Shown: positions 9,683 through 19,798, numbered from the stretch's first letter. The stretch is 64,000 nt of DNA from Promethearchaeati archaeon SRVP18_Atabeyarchaeia-1 (GCA_037308085.1 CP147779.1:2080001-2144000), one strand, 5' to 3'. Numbers and translations: made by a program. Notes: generated by a model not told the origin, from the letters alone.

Positions 9683-10876
9683 GTGGTGGGCCTCTCTTTG
9701 GGAGATATAATGCTTGGGACATCGGGCTGGTCATACGAGGAATGGGTGGAGCCTTTCTACAGGTTCAGGAAGATAAGCAAGCTCCGCTACTACAATAGTG
9801 TGTTCAAGACAGCCGAGATAGATTCCACCTTCTACCGGTACCCAAACGAGGGCACAGTTTTCGGCTGGCTCAGGTACACGGACCCCCGATTTGTCTTCAC
9901 TGCAAAGCTTCCGCGGCTAATTACTCATGACAAGATGCTTGACCTAAATCAAGGCGTCGAAGATGACCTTAACAGGTTCTGCCAATTGATGCGTCGCCTG
10001 CTTGATGCTGGCAAGCTTGGATGCCTCCTGATCCAGCTTCCTCCAAAGTTCACGGTGAACGAGATCGGGGATCTGGAGCGGTTCCTCGAGATTCTACCAA
10101 GAGAGTTCCAGTTCGCTGTAGAGTTCCGAGATCTGTCGTGGATAGTTGAGGATACCTGGAATCTCCTCTCAAAGCACAAGGTTGCTTATACTATTGTAGA
10201 TGAACCGCTCTTGCCCCCTGAGATAAGGGTCACTTCGAAGATTGCGTACTTCAGGTGGCATGGCAAGGGGCGCAGACCTTGGTTTGACTACAGGTACAAG
10301 ATTGAGGAGTTGAAGCCATGGGTACCAAGAGTCAAGGAGGTTGCTACCAAAGCAGAGAAAGTCTACGGCTACTTCAACAATCATTATCACGGCTATGCCG
10401 TCGAGAATTGCCTACAGGTGCTTGAGATATTAGGTGCTTTGACCCCCGAACAATCCCGTGCCAAAGCGCACGTGGAGGCATCCTTCGCCAAGCCACAGAG
10501 AAATCTAAGATCTGAAGCTAAGGCAGGCGCACTTGATCAGTGGATGGGGCAAAGTCGCGAGGAGATAATCGAAGAACTCGCAGGTCAAGAGAGAATGAAG
10601 AGGGCCAGGAAGATCAAGGACGAGGAGATCAAGATCGAGGAGGCTACCGACTCTATTCTAAGGGCGACAGTCCGAGACTACCACGTTGTCATCGACACTG
10701 AGAACAAAGTGATACTCCACGACTGTGCAGACTGGGACAGGTTGATTCCCGAGAAGAAGCTGTGCAAGCACATGGCGAAGCTAATGCTCTTCGTAGACGA
10801 GGAGATCGCATCTAGCATTGTCAAGAAGATCCGCTCTGAGGTGGATCGATGGGAATTCAAGCCATACACTTCATAG
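9683..10876 (+). CDS. DUF72-domain protein with a C-terminal SWIM-like zinc finger
   Basis: LGTSGWSY, EIDSTFY, LIQLPP, VEFR, YFRWHG, YFNNH; C-terminal HDCADW...LCKH. Confidence 0.85.
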   Translation: MVGLSLGDIMLGTSGWSYEEWVEPFYRFRKISKLRYYNSVFKTAEIDSTFYRYPNEGTVFGWLRYTDPRFVFTAKLPRLITHDKMLDLNQGVEDDLNRFCQLMRRLLDAGKLGCLLIQLPPKFTVNEIGDLERFLEILPREFQFAVEFRDLSWIVEDTWNLLSKHKVAYTIVDEPLLPPEIRVTSKIAYFRWHGKGRRPWFDYRYKIEELKPWVPRVKEVATKAEKVYGYFNNHYHGYAVENCLQVLEILGALTPEQSRAKAHVEASFAKPQRNLRSEAKAGALDQWMGQSREEIIEELAGQERMKRARKIKDEEIKIEEATDSILRATVRDYHVVIDTENKVILHDCADWDRLIPEKKLCKHMAKLMLFVDEEIASSIVKKIRSEVDRWEFKPYTS

Positions 10877-10959
10877 CTTTCTATCTGGGTGTTTGGCCTC
10901 GAAGGGTGACCTGCGAGAAAAATAGTTAGGGGGAGAGTAGTCCCATCTCTATGCGTCAC

Positions 10960-11418
10960 TCACTCCTCTACTCTAACTGCCCCAGGTAAGAATGCGCCAA
11001 GCAGATCTCTCATGTGCTCAAACTCTTCATGACCACCCATAGAGATCTCTATTTCCTTCCCTTGCGTCGGCCTTATCTTGATGTGCCCGCGATGCAATGT
11101 GCCTGGCTTCTTAATCTCTATGTACGATATGTTCTCCTTGTAGACCTCAAAGTCCTTATCCTTCTCCAATTCCTTGATCTGCTTTGCTCCTTCGTCCTTC
11201 GTGAACGCCTGCGCAAAGGCGGATCTCAGTATGTCTCCTTTGACCGTGCCAGCGTGCCCGCCCATCAGGCCTGCGACCATCCAGCCACCTAAGACGCCTC
11301 TTCTCTTCTTGACGCCGATTATCCTTCTGCTCGTGGCATAGACTCCATAGCCCGACATGTGCCCTTTCTTGAAATTGGCGCTCGTCATGCCGCCGAAGTA
11401 CACTTCTTCTTGTTCCAA
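10960..11418 (-). CDS. Hypothetical protein, possible PH-like fold
   Basis: VYATSRRIIGVK...ISYIEIKK...GHIKI plus a C-terminal helix; probable TTG start at 11418 after GGGGT. Confidence 0.55.
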   Translation of the reverse strand: MEQEEVYFGGMTSANFKKGHMSGYGVYATSRRIIGVKKRRGVLGGWMVAGLMGGHAGTVKGDILRSAFAQAFTKDEGAKQIKELEKDKDFEVYKENISYIEIKKPGTLHRGHIKIRPTQGKEIEISMGGHEEFEHMRDLLGAFLPGAVRVEE

Positions 11419-11616
11419 GTACTTACCCCCATTTCCATTCGCTACTGGATCATATTCGGTGCAGAATTCCCAATAAAGGTTACTGCTTGCTTGCGGAATT
11501 CCCAACAAAAGAAGGCAAAGCATCAGCTCTTCTTCCTAGAGTCTGCATGAGATTCTAAAATCTGGCGCTGGTGGATCACCAGAAGAAAAGCTCCGCAGGA
11601 TGGCTTGTCCTGCGAT

Positions 11617-13434
11617 CTACTTGAGCTGTGCTGCAACGTCATTGAGACCGAGCTTCTTCAGGGTAGCTTGTGTGGGTATCCCATTCTTGTCCCATCCACG
11701 CTTCTCGTAATAGAGGCTTAGCATTGAGTCGTACTGCGACTTGTCGAGTTTCGATCCCTTGAGTGGACCCTGGGTAATTGCCTCCTCGAACCAGCGCGCT
11801 GGCGGCTGGTCCATTGCCCTATTCCATGATTTGCCGAACTCCCGGACCCAGAATGCTCTGATGAGATTCCAGACTCGGTCTGCAACCTCAAAGAGGTTGT
11901 TCATCGTATAGCTTACTCCCGTAACACTCTTCAGGATCTTTGGGTAGAATCCGAGGTCGAAGCCAAGCTCAACCCACGGCAGTCTGCATGCAGTTAGACA
12001 CTCGAAGAGCCCGCCTCTGAGTCTCTGGAGCTCTATGACTTTGTCGACCTTGTTAGCGCCATACCCCGGCCCTCCGGTTGTCACCTCCCAGGATATGACC
12101 CAAGCGTCTTTGTGGTGCGCCCCTATTGAGCATGTTCCAAATGATAACGCCATGGCGGGCATCGCATGGCAGTCATATGCGGAGATCTCAAGTCCCTTGA
12201 CGTGCATAGCCCACTTTTCGGACCCGTTTCCAAGTTGCCGGGCTGCCGCCTTCACCCCCTGGGCAAGCAACCTGCCGAGTGGTGTACGTTGCTCAGCTAT
12301 GTCCTCCAACAGCTTCCGCGCAGCTTTGTAGTCTCCCCATTCGATGCCTTCCTGAATGATCCTCTTCTGAGAGGCTTCCATAGCAAAGCCGATTGCGTTT
12401 CCGACGGAGATAGTGTCTACACCGTATTCGTCGCAGAGCCTGTTTAGAGCGGCCACCTGCTTGAGGTCGCCGATTCCTAGGTTTGAGCCCAGGAGCACTG
12501 CATTCTCGTAGTCAATCTCTGCCGTTTCGCCATTGCAGTCTTTCACGACATTCCCGCAAGTCATATTGCAGTTGGGGCACCCCCTGTTGTCGGTCTTGAT
12601 CTTCTCCATGGCGTCACCGCCGATTGCGGAGCCTTTTTCGAACACGCCTTCCTTGTAGTTTAGCGTGGGCATGACGCCGTGCTCTTGGCTCCACTCTACA
12701 GTGGACATTGTTCCTTGGCGCTTCCAGAATCCGTAGTTGGGCTTTCCAAGGACCTCCTTGTAGCCTTCTGCCCCAAGCTTCTTGACTTCCTCCGGATTGG
12801 CGAACTTTATTTCGCGGTTGCCTGAGATTACGATAGCCTTGAGCTTCTTTGATCCCATGACTGCGCCCATGCCTGGGCGCCCACCAGCTCTGCCCTCCTG
12901 GGATATGATGTTGGCGTACTTGACGAGTCCCTCGCCAGCCTTTCCTATCACCAGGACTCCTATCTGCTTCCCATATTTCTCGCGCAGTTTCTTTTCGACT
13001 GTGAAGGTCCCTTGCCCCCACAAATCGTCGGCGCTTACTATCTCGCTCTTCTCGTTTTCCACGTGAAGGTACACTGGCTTCCCGCTGGCTCCGCTGATCA
13101 CTATTGCCTCGTATCCAGCTTTTCTCAGATACACTGAAGCTAACGTCCCAATGTTACCGTCACCGTATCCTCCCGTCAATGGGCTTTTCGCGGCAACTAC
13201 GAGTTTCCCCGGGCTTGGCAAACCCAGCCCCGTGAGGGGCCCGGCTGCCACAATCAACTCATTACCAGGGGAGAGGGGATCTGTTCCTGGTTTCAGGTCG
13301 TCCCACAGTATTTTCGCCGCGAATCCTCTGCCCCCTAGGAACTTGGAGGCAAAGCCAGCATCATATTCCTGAATTGTGGACTTACGGGTTGTAAGGTCAA
13401 CGCGGAGAATCTTGCCATTCCATCCCTTCAACAA
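11617..13434 (-). CDS. Tungsten aldehyde:ferredoxin oxidoreductase family enzyme (FOR/AOR-like)
   Basis: GKILRVDLT, FLGGRG, KSPLTG, GGRPGMGAVMGSKKLKA, CPNCNMTC, DEYGVDTIS, YYEKRGWD. Confidence 0.92.
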   Translation of the reverse strand: MLKGWNGKILRVDLTTRKSTIQEYDAGFASKFLGGRGFAAKILWDDLKPGTDPLSPGNELIVAAGPLTGLGLPSPGKLVVAAKSPLTGGYGDGNIGTLASVYLRKAGYEAIVISGASGKPVYLHVENEKSEIVSADDLWGQGTFTVEKKLREKYGKQIGVLVIGKAGEGLVKYANIISQEGRAGGRPGMGAVMGSKKLKAIVISGNREIKFANPEEVKKLGAEGYKEVLGKPNYGFWKRQGTMSTVEWSQEHGVMPTLNYKEGVFEKGSAIGGDAMEKIKTDNRGCPNCNMTCGNVVKDCNGETAEIDYENAVLLGSNLGIGDLKQVAALNRLCDEYGVDTISVGNAIGFAMEASQKRIIQEGIEWGDYKAARKLLEDIAEQRTPLGRLLAQGVKAAARQLGNGSEKWAMHVKGLEISAYDCHAMPAMALSFGTCSIGAHHKDAWVISWEVTTGGPGYGANKVDKVIELQRLRGGLFECLTACRLPWVELGFDLGFYPKILKSVTGVSYTMNNLFEVADRVWNLIRAFWVREFGKSWNRAMDQPPARWFEEAITQGPLKGSKLDKSQYDSMLSLYYEKRGWDKNGIPTQATLKKLGLNDVAAQLK

Positions 13435-13724
13435 TAATCATCACCACTTAACTCGTCAGACAAACTCTACTCACGATTCACGATCTTATAAAACTGCATA
13501 TGGGGCACTCACAATTTGGGCAAATCCGCGGCGGGGCTTACAAATATACGGTTGGTCTATCCGCCACAAATCAATAACCATATTATCGAGACATAACGAA
13601 GTTCGTTGGGTCCTGCCGGATCCCAGATGTGATCGTCCCCTGGCAACGGGAGAAAACGCGGCGGTGCCAGCTCCGTCATGGACGGTGGAAAAGAGTAGAA
13701 GAGTTCTACCGACCCTTCCCCCGG

Positions 13725-14483
13725 CTATTTCCTTCTGCCGAAGGCCAAGGTTCCAATGACTATCATGATTGCGTCGAAAGCAACGACAACGAGGATGTCG
13801 ATGTAGAGTGGAAATAAGGCAACGCCTGGGACGGATCCGATTATGATCGTTCTCAGCGCGTCGACTCCATAAGTCATTGGGTTGAAATAGGTGACCGTCT
13901 GAAGCCAACCGGTGGCGCCTAAAACGGGAAAAAGCGCGCCACTCGTGAAGAATATTGGCAGCGTTACGAAGCTTTGTATGACTCCGAAGCTCTCAAGGCT
14001 TGACATTGAGCTGGCTATGGATAGTCCAATGCAGACAAGTCCGAAAGTCACCATTACCATTAGCGGAAGAGCGATTAGAAATATCAGGAGGTTCAGGGGA
14101 ACCTGAATTATGAAGCCCAGCATGAAAGTAATGACGCCCTGGATTAGCGCGTCGGTGCTGTTTCCCAGCATCTTACCTATAAATATCGAGCCTCTCGATA
14201 CGGGCGCCACGAGTATCTCCTTGAGAAAGCCAAACTCCCTGTCCCAGATCACGGAGATGCCCATGAACATTGACGTGAAGAGCATGGTCTGCGCGATTAT
14301 CCCAGGAAAAAGGAACTCCTGGTAGGGAATTGGGAGTCCTTGAATTGTTCTGCCAAAACCAGATCCAAATATCAGTAGCCAAAGTGCGGGCTGAACGAAA
14401 GAGCTGATAGGTCGCACTCTCTCTCGGAAGTACCGCTTGACCTCCCTCAGCCACAGCGTATATATTGCTCTTGCCTCGGTCAT
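13725..14483 (-). CDS. ABC-2 type exporter permease (DrrB-like)
   Basis: DREFGFLKEILVAPVSR, SGALFP, NPMTYGVDALR; GTGA/ATGA-type overlap with the ATPase stop. Confidence 0.92.
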   Translation of the reverse strand: MTEARAIYTLWLREVKRYFRERVRPISSFVQPALWLLIFGSGFGRTIQGLPIPYQEFLFPGIIAQTMLFTSMFMGISVIWDREFGFLKEILVAPVSRGSIFIGKMLGNSTDALIQGVITFMLGFIIQVPLNLLIFLIALPLMVMVTFGLVCIGLSIASSMSSLESFGVIQSFVTLPIFFTSGALFPVLGATGWLQTVTYFNPMTYGVDALRTIIIGSVPGVALFPLYIDILVVVAFDAIMIVIGTLAFGRRK

Positions 14484-15469
14484 CTCACAGCTCTCCTCCT
14501 GGCGGCGGCTACGCCATGATACTCCTTGCCTTCTTCCTCCCTAATCGCTCTTCCAGTGTAGTGGAGAAAAACGTCCCCCAAGTCGGGTTCGTGAAGCGAT
14601 ATAGACTCGACGCGTATGCCAGAACTTGCAGCAGTCTCAACGATCCTTGGCAGAGTCTCGTGCCCGTTCTTGACGTGCACTGTGAGTTCATTCTGAGATG
14701 TGGAAGCCTTGCTTACCAGCGCCGACCTTTCCAGAAGTTGGGATAGCTTTTCAGCTTCGGAAGTCTTTATGGCAATTGTCTCTTCTCCTAGGCTCTCCTT
14801 CAGTTTGTCCGGGGTGTCTAGCGCGACTATCTTCCCATAGTCGATTATGGCTATTCGGTCGCAGAGCTTGTCTGCTTCCTCCATGTAGTGCGTTGTGAGG
14901 ATTATGGTTATGTCCTCTTTCTTGCTTAGCTCCTTTATGTAGGTCCAGATGTGCTCACGGGTCTGCGGGTCAAGGCCGATCGTTGGCTCATCCAGAAACA
15001 GCACTCTTGGGTAGTGTATAAGACCTCGCGCTATCTCCAGTCTTCGGCGCATGCCGCCGGAGTACGTTCGCAGCAAGTTGTCTGCCCTCTCGTCCAGCTG
15101 AACGAGTCTAAGCAGTACTTCGATCCTCTCTTTCGCAACGCCACTATCTACTCCGTAGAGGTTTGCGTGCATCGACATGTTCTCGCGGCCCGTCAGTCTG
15201 TCATCAACGCTAGGTTCCTGAAATACAATTCCTATGGATTTCCTCACCTGACCGGGTTGTTTAACGATGTCAAATCCATTCACGGTCGCTGTCCCAGATG
15301 TTGGCTTTAGGATCGTGCAGAGCATCGATATCGTGGTGGTCTTGCCGGCGCCGTTCGGGCCGAGAAGACCGAATACTTCACCATGATTGACCTCGATGTT
15401 GAGGTTATCGACAGCTACCAAATCTCCAAACGCTCTTGTGAGGTTCTTTGTTTCAATAATGTAGCTCGT
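14480..15469 (-). CDS. ABC exporter ATP-binding subunit (DrrA-like); start probably non-canonical, upstream of TTG 15421
   Basis: GPNGAGKTT, YSGGMRRR, LFLDEPT, TTHY; conserved IIETKNLTRAFGD lies upstream of the first canonical start. Confidence 0.9.
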   Translation of the reverse strand, partial: TSYIIETKNLTRAFGDLVAVDNLNIEVNHGEVFGLLGPNGAGKTTTISMLCTILKPTSGTATVNGFDIVKQPGQVRKSIGIVFQEPSVDDRLTGRENMSMHANLYGVDSGVAKERIEVLLRLVQLDERADNLLRTYSGGMRRRLEIARGLIHYPRVLFLDEPTIGLDPQTREHIWTYIKELSKKEDITIILTTHYMEEADKLCDRIAIIDYGKIVALDTPDKLKESLGEETIAIKTSEAEKLSQLLERSALVSKASTSQNELTVHVKNGHETLPRIVETAASSGIRVESISLHEPDLGDVFLHYTGRAIREEEGKEYHGVAAARRRAVR

Positions 15470-16130
15470 GATGTTTCCACCATCCGCCCAGAACGTGCAG
15501 ATCGGGGATTGAGACCCAAGGGAGGAAGACTCATCCCCCAGCTCTAGGCAGGCTCCGAGTAGAAAAGCCTTCTGTTTATTTGGATGAGCGAATGTTCGTC
15601 AACCTTAAGCAGGCTAATTGGCGGTAAATGGTGCCGCGCGGTCGGTGGACATGGTTAGAATGGAGGGAGCCTTTGAGAGCGCAGTACTAGTTCGCGGGCG
15701 CTGGACGCTTACTGGCAAACAGCTTCTTCGTCGCGTCATTGAGTGCAAGAGTATCAACCGAGATCTACCTGCCGCAGCCAACCCGATGACGAAACTCTGT
15801 CTCACTTCCCCCTATGCGGGCAGTCCACGCGTCGGATCAAGTACCTGCATCGCTCTTCTGCATCGTTGTCCTCGCCACCGAATCGGAGTTCTTTGCTTTT
15901 CACAGGAACATATTTATTATCTAAGGACGGCGCAATAACCAGTTAATCAATATGACTAGAGACGGTGGGGTCAGGAGCGAGTCCTAGAACGAAGGCCGTG
16001 GCGCAGTGCCTCCGGCCAGAGTCTTGGGCTGGTTCACTCAAGTCTTTTTGAGACAAAGCTTAAATATAGTTGATAAGATAATAAGAACTAAACCCATAGG
16101 TTCCTTCCATAAATCAGGAGTGAAAAGTTA

Positions 16131-17036
16131 GTGGGAGAAGGCGAATCCTCGTCAGGTGATGATGAGGACTCTGATTCGGATTCCGATCCGGGCCCAGGTC
16201 CGGATTGTGAGTCCAATGGACTGGTAGCAAACCGCTCGATTTTTGGCGACCGATGCGCGAGCTTGTACTTTGGTGACGCGACTAGCTCTCCCGCGGTCGG
16301 TGCGGGCAGAGAGACTCTGAACTTGCTGGTCGTCTCTGACTTCAAGCTTCAGTTGCCAGGAGTAAAGGTAGTGGGAACAAGGAGTTTCCTTGGATGCCTT
16401 AACAGGCAGCCATCGGTTGTGAACATTAGCCCAGACTACCGCTACATGAAAATGGGCTATTACGTCTCATTGCACGCAGACTTGATAGGTAGCCCGGTAA
16501 TCCCGAGGTGCGCGGATGCCCTCGACGTCTACCGTACTCCAATTTCGTTGCTCAGGGCATCGAAGGCCGGAATACCTGTGGTGCCTTACTTGGTGACAGA
16601 CTCCGCGGAGGAGGTCATCTCTGGATTTGACCTTCCAGTTATGATCTTTGCAGTCAACCCATTCCCGACTTATGGCTTCCAGGTGGCATACTCGAAAAGC
16701 GGGCTATACGCGGTAATGAAGCGCCTAACAATGAATAAGCGCTACATGGTCTGCGCAATGCCAGTTCTCGGGGAGCTAGTCTCACTCAAGACTCTCTTCG
16801 GCATTCCAATTAATCTCTTAACAAAGAATGTGTGCGACGGAGAGGTGCGGAGAATCTCCGAAATGGTATTTGAGGAATTCAGGGTTCCAATGTTCAAATC
16901 GTACATGCAGCGCAAGGGCGATCAGCTCTACTTATGCGGCTTAGATCCACTGAAAGATTCCGGTAGGCTCAACGCAACGGAGTCTGCCCTTATCGAAGAA
17001 GGGGTAACCAAGGCAGGTGAGTCGCTTGGCCAATAA
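16131..17036 (+). CDS. RimK-like ATP-grasp N-terminal (RLAN) domain protein with a degenerate ATP-grasp
   Basis: VVNISPDYRYMKMGYYVSLHA...VIP; acidic Ser/Asp N-terminus; start uncertain. Confidence 0.75.
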   Translation: MGEGESSSGDDEDSDSDSDPGPGPDCESNGLVANRSIFGDRCASLYFGDATSSPAVGAGRETLNLLVVSDFKLQLPGVKVVGTRSFLGCLNRQPSVVNISPDYRYMKMGYYVSLHADLIGSPVIPRCADALDVYRTPISLLRASKAGIPVVPYLVTDSAEEVISGFDLPVMIFAVNPFPTYGFQVAYSKSGLYAVMKRLTMNKRYMVCAMPVLGELVSLKTLFGIPINLLTKNVCDGEVRRISEMVFEEFRVPMFKSYMQRKGDQLYLCGLDPLKDSGRLNATESALIEEGVTKAGESLGQ

Positions 17037-17919
17037 CGGTCACAAGAAGATCGCCTGCTTCGTCGAGACGTACAACTTCCTGCGCAGCGATGAGGCAACG
17101 GCACTCAGAAACTTCAAGTTGGCAGCAGAGAAGAAGGGCCATAGGTTCGACTTCATATTCAAGAAGGACATATCCAAGATACCGGAGTACGATTCGGTCT
17201 TCATCAGGGCAACCACCGATCCAACCTACACCGCCTACATGGTTTCAAAGATCGCCTCAGAGAACGGCCTTAAAGTCGTTGATTCGCCACAGTCGATCCG
17301 TATCTGCGGAAACAAGATTAACATGTACGGTCTCCTGGAAAGGAATGAGGTACCCTACATACCTACGGTGATATTCTCGAAACAGGATCTTCGGGCTAGA
17401 AACATAAGGTTCCTGTTCAGACTGTTTGGCTCACCCCTCGTGTTGAAGGCGCCCTACACCAGCTTCTCGAAGTACGTTGAGAAGGTGGCGAGCGAAACGA
17501 GCTTCAGAACGATCGCAAAGAGATTCTTCAGGAGATCAGATGCCATAGTGGTCCAGAAATTCATGCCAACCACGTTCGACTGGAGAGTTGGAGTTCTCAA
17601 CGGCAAGGTGCTTTACGTCTGCAAGTACAACATGATCAAGGGTAAATGGAAACACGGTGCTAAGAGGAGAGGCAAGAAGAGTTTCATCTGGGGTGATGCC
17701 TTCTCGATCAGAAAGGAGTACGCCCCCGAGGAACTTAAAGAGGTGGCGCTCCGAGCCTGCGCCGCAATCGGAGACGGTCTCTTTGGTGTCGACGTGAAAG
17801 AGATAGATGGCAACTACATCGTAGTAGAGGTCAATGACAACCCAAGCATCAACGCCGGATACGAGGATCACTCAGACGCAGACGTCTACGAGAGAATAGT
17901 CGACTACCTAGCCAGCTAG
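17017..17919 (+). CDS. RimK-family ATP-grasp peptide ligase
   Basis: FIRATT, VLKAP, QKFMP..DWRVGV, GVDVKE, EVNDNPSI; overlaps the RLAN gene. Confidence 0.88.
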   Translation: MSRLANNGHKKIACFVETYNFLRSDEATALRNFKLAAEKKGHRFDFIFKKDISKIPEYDSVFIRATTDPTYTAYMVSKIASENGLKVVDSPQSIRICGNKINMYGLLERNEVPYIPTVIFSKQDLRARNIRFLFRLFGSPLVLKAPYTSFSKYVEKVASETSFRTIAKRFFRRSDAIVVQKFMPTTFDWRVGVLNGKVLYVCKYNMIKGKWKHGAKRRGKKSFIWGDAFSIRKEYAPEELKEVALRACAAIGDGLFGVDVKEIDGNYIVVEVNDNPSINAGYEDHSDADVYERIVDYLAS

Positions 17920-17997
17920 TTATTCCCATGGCGAGTAAAGCTCACTTCGATCAGATGTATCTACCATTGTTGGGGCTGATTACCAACGTACAAAGCC

Positions 17998-19182
17998 TTG
18001 GAGGTCCTAGGACCTGAACACGAGTTCTCCGTAGTCGACGATGAATTGCGCGCCATGCCCATCGTAGACACAATAATGAAGGATCTCTATGGACGCGTAG
18101 TCAACGCGGTCGAATATCCCAGATACGTCGTAGGGAAAGAACTGCAGTCGCACGTCTTGGAGCTGAAATCGAAGAAACCCTTCTACTCACCTGTGGATTT
18201 TGAGAATGCGATGCATCAAGGAGTGCTGTTTGTCTCGGACTTCATCAAATCAAAGTACGGGGCATCTCTTCTGGGCACCGGCATGCACCCTCTAATCAGA
18301 ATCAATGAGGCAAAGATCTGGTCTCACCGGCATCGAAGCATCTACAGAGCCTACGAGAAGATCTTTAACGTGAGGCAGCACGGATGGCTCAACATCCAAG
18401 CCTTCCAGCTCAACCTCCCCTACGGCGGAACCAAGAAGGGTCCGACCTTCCACAATCTTCTGGCGAGCATAGTACCTTACATTCCCGCGATCACAGCCGC
18501 TTCACCAATCTATGAGGGGAAGTTTGGAGACTACGTTGACAACAGACTGCATTTCTACAAGAAGAATCAAATCGAGATTCCAACCTTGGTGGGGGACGTG
18601 ATCCCGGAATACGTGAACTCCACGGATGAATACGTTGAGACCGTCATTGGGAGATATTCCAGGGACCTTGCTCGCGCGAATGCCTCGAAGTGTATCATCA
18701 ATGTCGAATGGATTAATTCGCGCGGAATAGTGTTCAGATTCGACCGCCATGCAATCGAGATAAGAGTAATCGATGAGCAGGACTGCATAAAGAGTGACGT
18801 AGCGGTAAGCTGCCTGATAAGGGCGGCTATGAGAGGACTACTCAGAGACGACGATAAGTTGCAGTTGCCGCCACATGAAATGTTGGTGAAGGACTTCAAC
18901 TCCGTGATGAGACATGGCCTAGACGCGAAGGTCCAGCACCCAAAGGGTTCTACAAGCCGCGATGTTTGTCGCTACCTATTTCAACTAGCCAGTAACAACG
19001 CCCTTGATGAAGAGAAGGCTTATCTTCCAATAGTGAGAAGAAGAATAGAAGAATGCAACCTCTCACAGGCGATAGCTAGGAACGTGGAACGGGGATCACA
19101 AAAAGTGGGTATGCATGAGGCGATATTGAAGACATACCTGGACCTCGTCAAGAGCCTTAGGGAGAACAAGCCGTATTTCTGA
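17998..19182 (+). CDS. Glutamate--cysteine ligase family 2 (GCS2) carboxylate-amine ligase
   Basis: GPEHEF, KELQSHVLELK, GTGMHP, QLNLP, AASPIYEG, NSRG..RFDRHAIEIRVID. Confidence 0.85.
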   Translation: MEVLGPEHEFSVVDDELRAMPIVDTIMKDLYGRVVNAVEYPRYVVGKELQSHVLELKSKKPFYSPVDFENAMHQGVLFVSDFIKSKYGASLLGTGMHPLIRINEAKIWSHRHRSIYRAYEKIFNVRQHGWLNIQAFQLNLPYGGTKKGPTFHNLLASIVPYIPAITAASPIYEGKFGDYVDNRLHFYKKNQIEIPTLVGDVIPEYVNSTDEYVETVIGRYSRDLARANASKCIINVEWINSRGIVFRFDRHAIEIRVIDEQDCIKSDVAVSCLIRAAMRGLLRDDDKLQLPPHEMLVKDFNSVMRHGLDAKVQHPKGSTSRDVCRYLFQLASNNALDEEKAYLPIVRRRIEECNLSQAIARNVERGSQKVGMHEAILKTYLDLVKSLRENKPYF

Positions 19183-19209
19183 ACGGCCGCCAAAGGGAGT
19201 CAGAGAACG

Positions 19210-19776
19210 ATGGACAAAAAGCAGCACGCCGACAGGCAAAGCAACTTCTTCGACGTTTGCGGGCAGTGCAAGATTAGTTGCTGCAGGGACGCGAGACCAC
19301 CTACAACCCCAGCGAGACGGAAGCTCATAGAAGAACGGCTCGGTAAGAAGCAACTTGTGGGAGTGGAACCGCCGTACTTCGTGAAGGATAACAACTACAC
19401 TCATCCAAGGGAAACGCCGGACGGATTCTGCATATTTTACGACAAGAGCACGAGACTCTGCAGAATACACGACATTAAGCCTGAGACCTGCGTAGCTGGA
19501 CCGATTACGTTCGATATCAATCCGAAGACGGGGAAGCTCGAGTACTTCTTGAAAATGGAGAAGATATGTCCCTTAGCCGGCAAGATCTACAAGGCAGATG
19601 GCGAGATTCTTGAGAGGCAAGTGGCTTCTGCCAAGACCGAGATCCGAAGGCTCCTAGCCGGCATAGAGCCTGAAGCATTGCGGGCGATACTTAAGATCGA
19701 TGAGCCAGACACGCTCAAAATACACGAGGAAGAGAATAGAGACGCTGGCAAGAAGCTTGATTCCGCGCCAGAATGA
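19210..19776 (+). CDS. YkgJ-family cysteine-cluster (putative Fe-S/Zn) protein
   Basis: CGQCKISCC, GFCIFYD...LCRIHDIKPETC..GP, CP. Confidence 0.82.
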   Translation: MDKKQHADRQSNFFDVCGQCKISCCRDARPPTTPARRKLIEERLGKKQLVGVEPPYFVKDNNYTHPRETPDGFCIFYDKSTRLCRIHDIKPETCVAGPITFDINPKTGKLEYFLKMEKICPLAGKIYKADGEILERQVASAKTEIRRLLAGIEPEALRAILKIDEPDTLKIHEEENRDAGKKLDSAPE

Positions 19777-19798
19777 TCTCCTGGGTTAACATTCCGTT

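Noticed and set aside
15614-15946. Short ORFs as precursor peptides for the ATP-grasp cluster
   Set aside because: No repeated core or leader pattern, and they lie upstream of the apparent promoter near 16060
15994-16050. tRNA-like start GGCCGTGGCGCAG
   Set aside because: No T-loop or complementary acceptor stem
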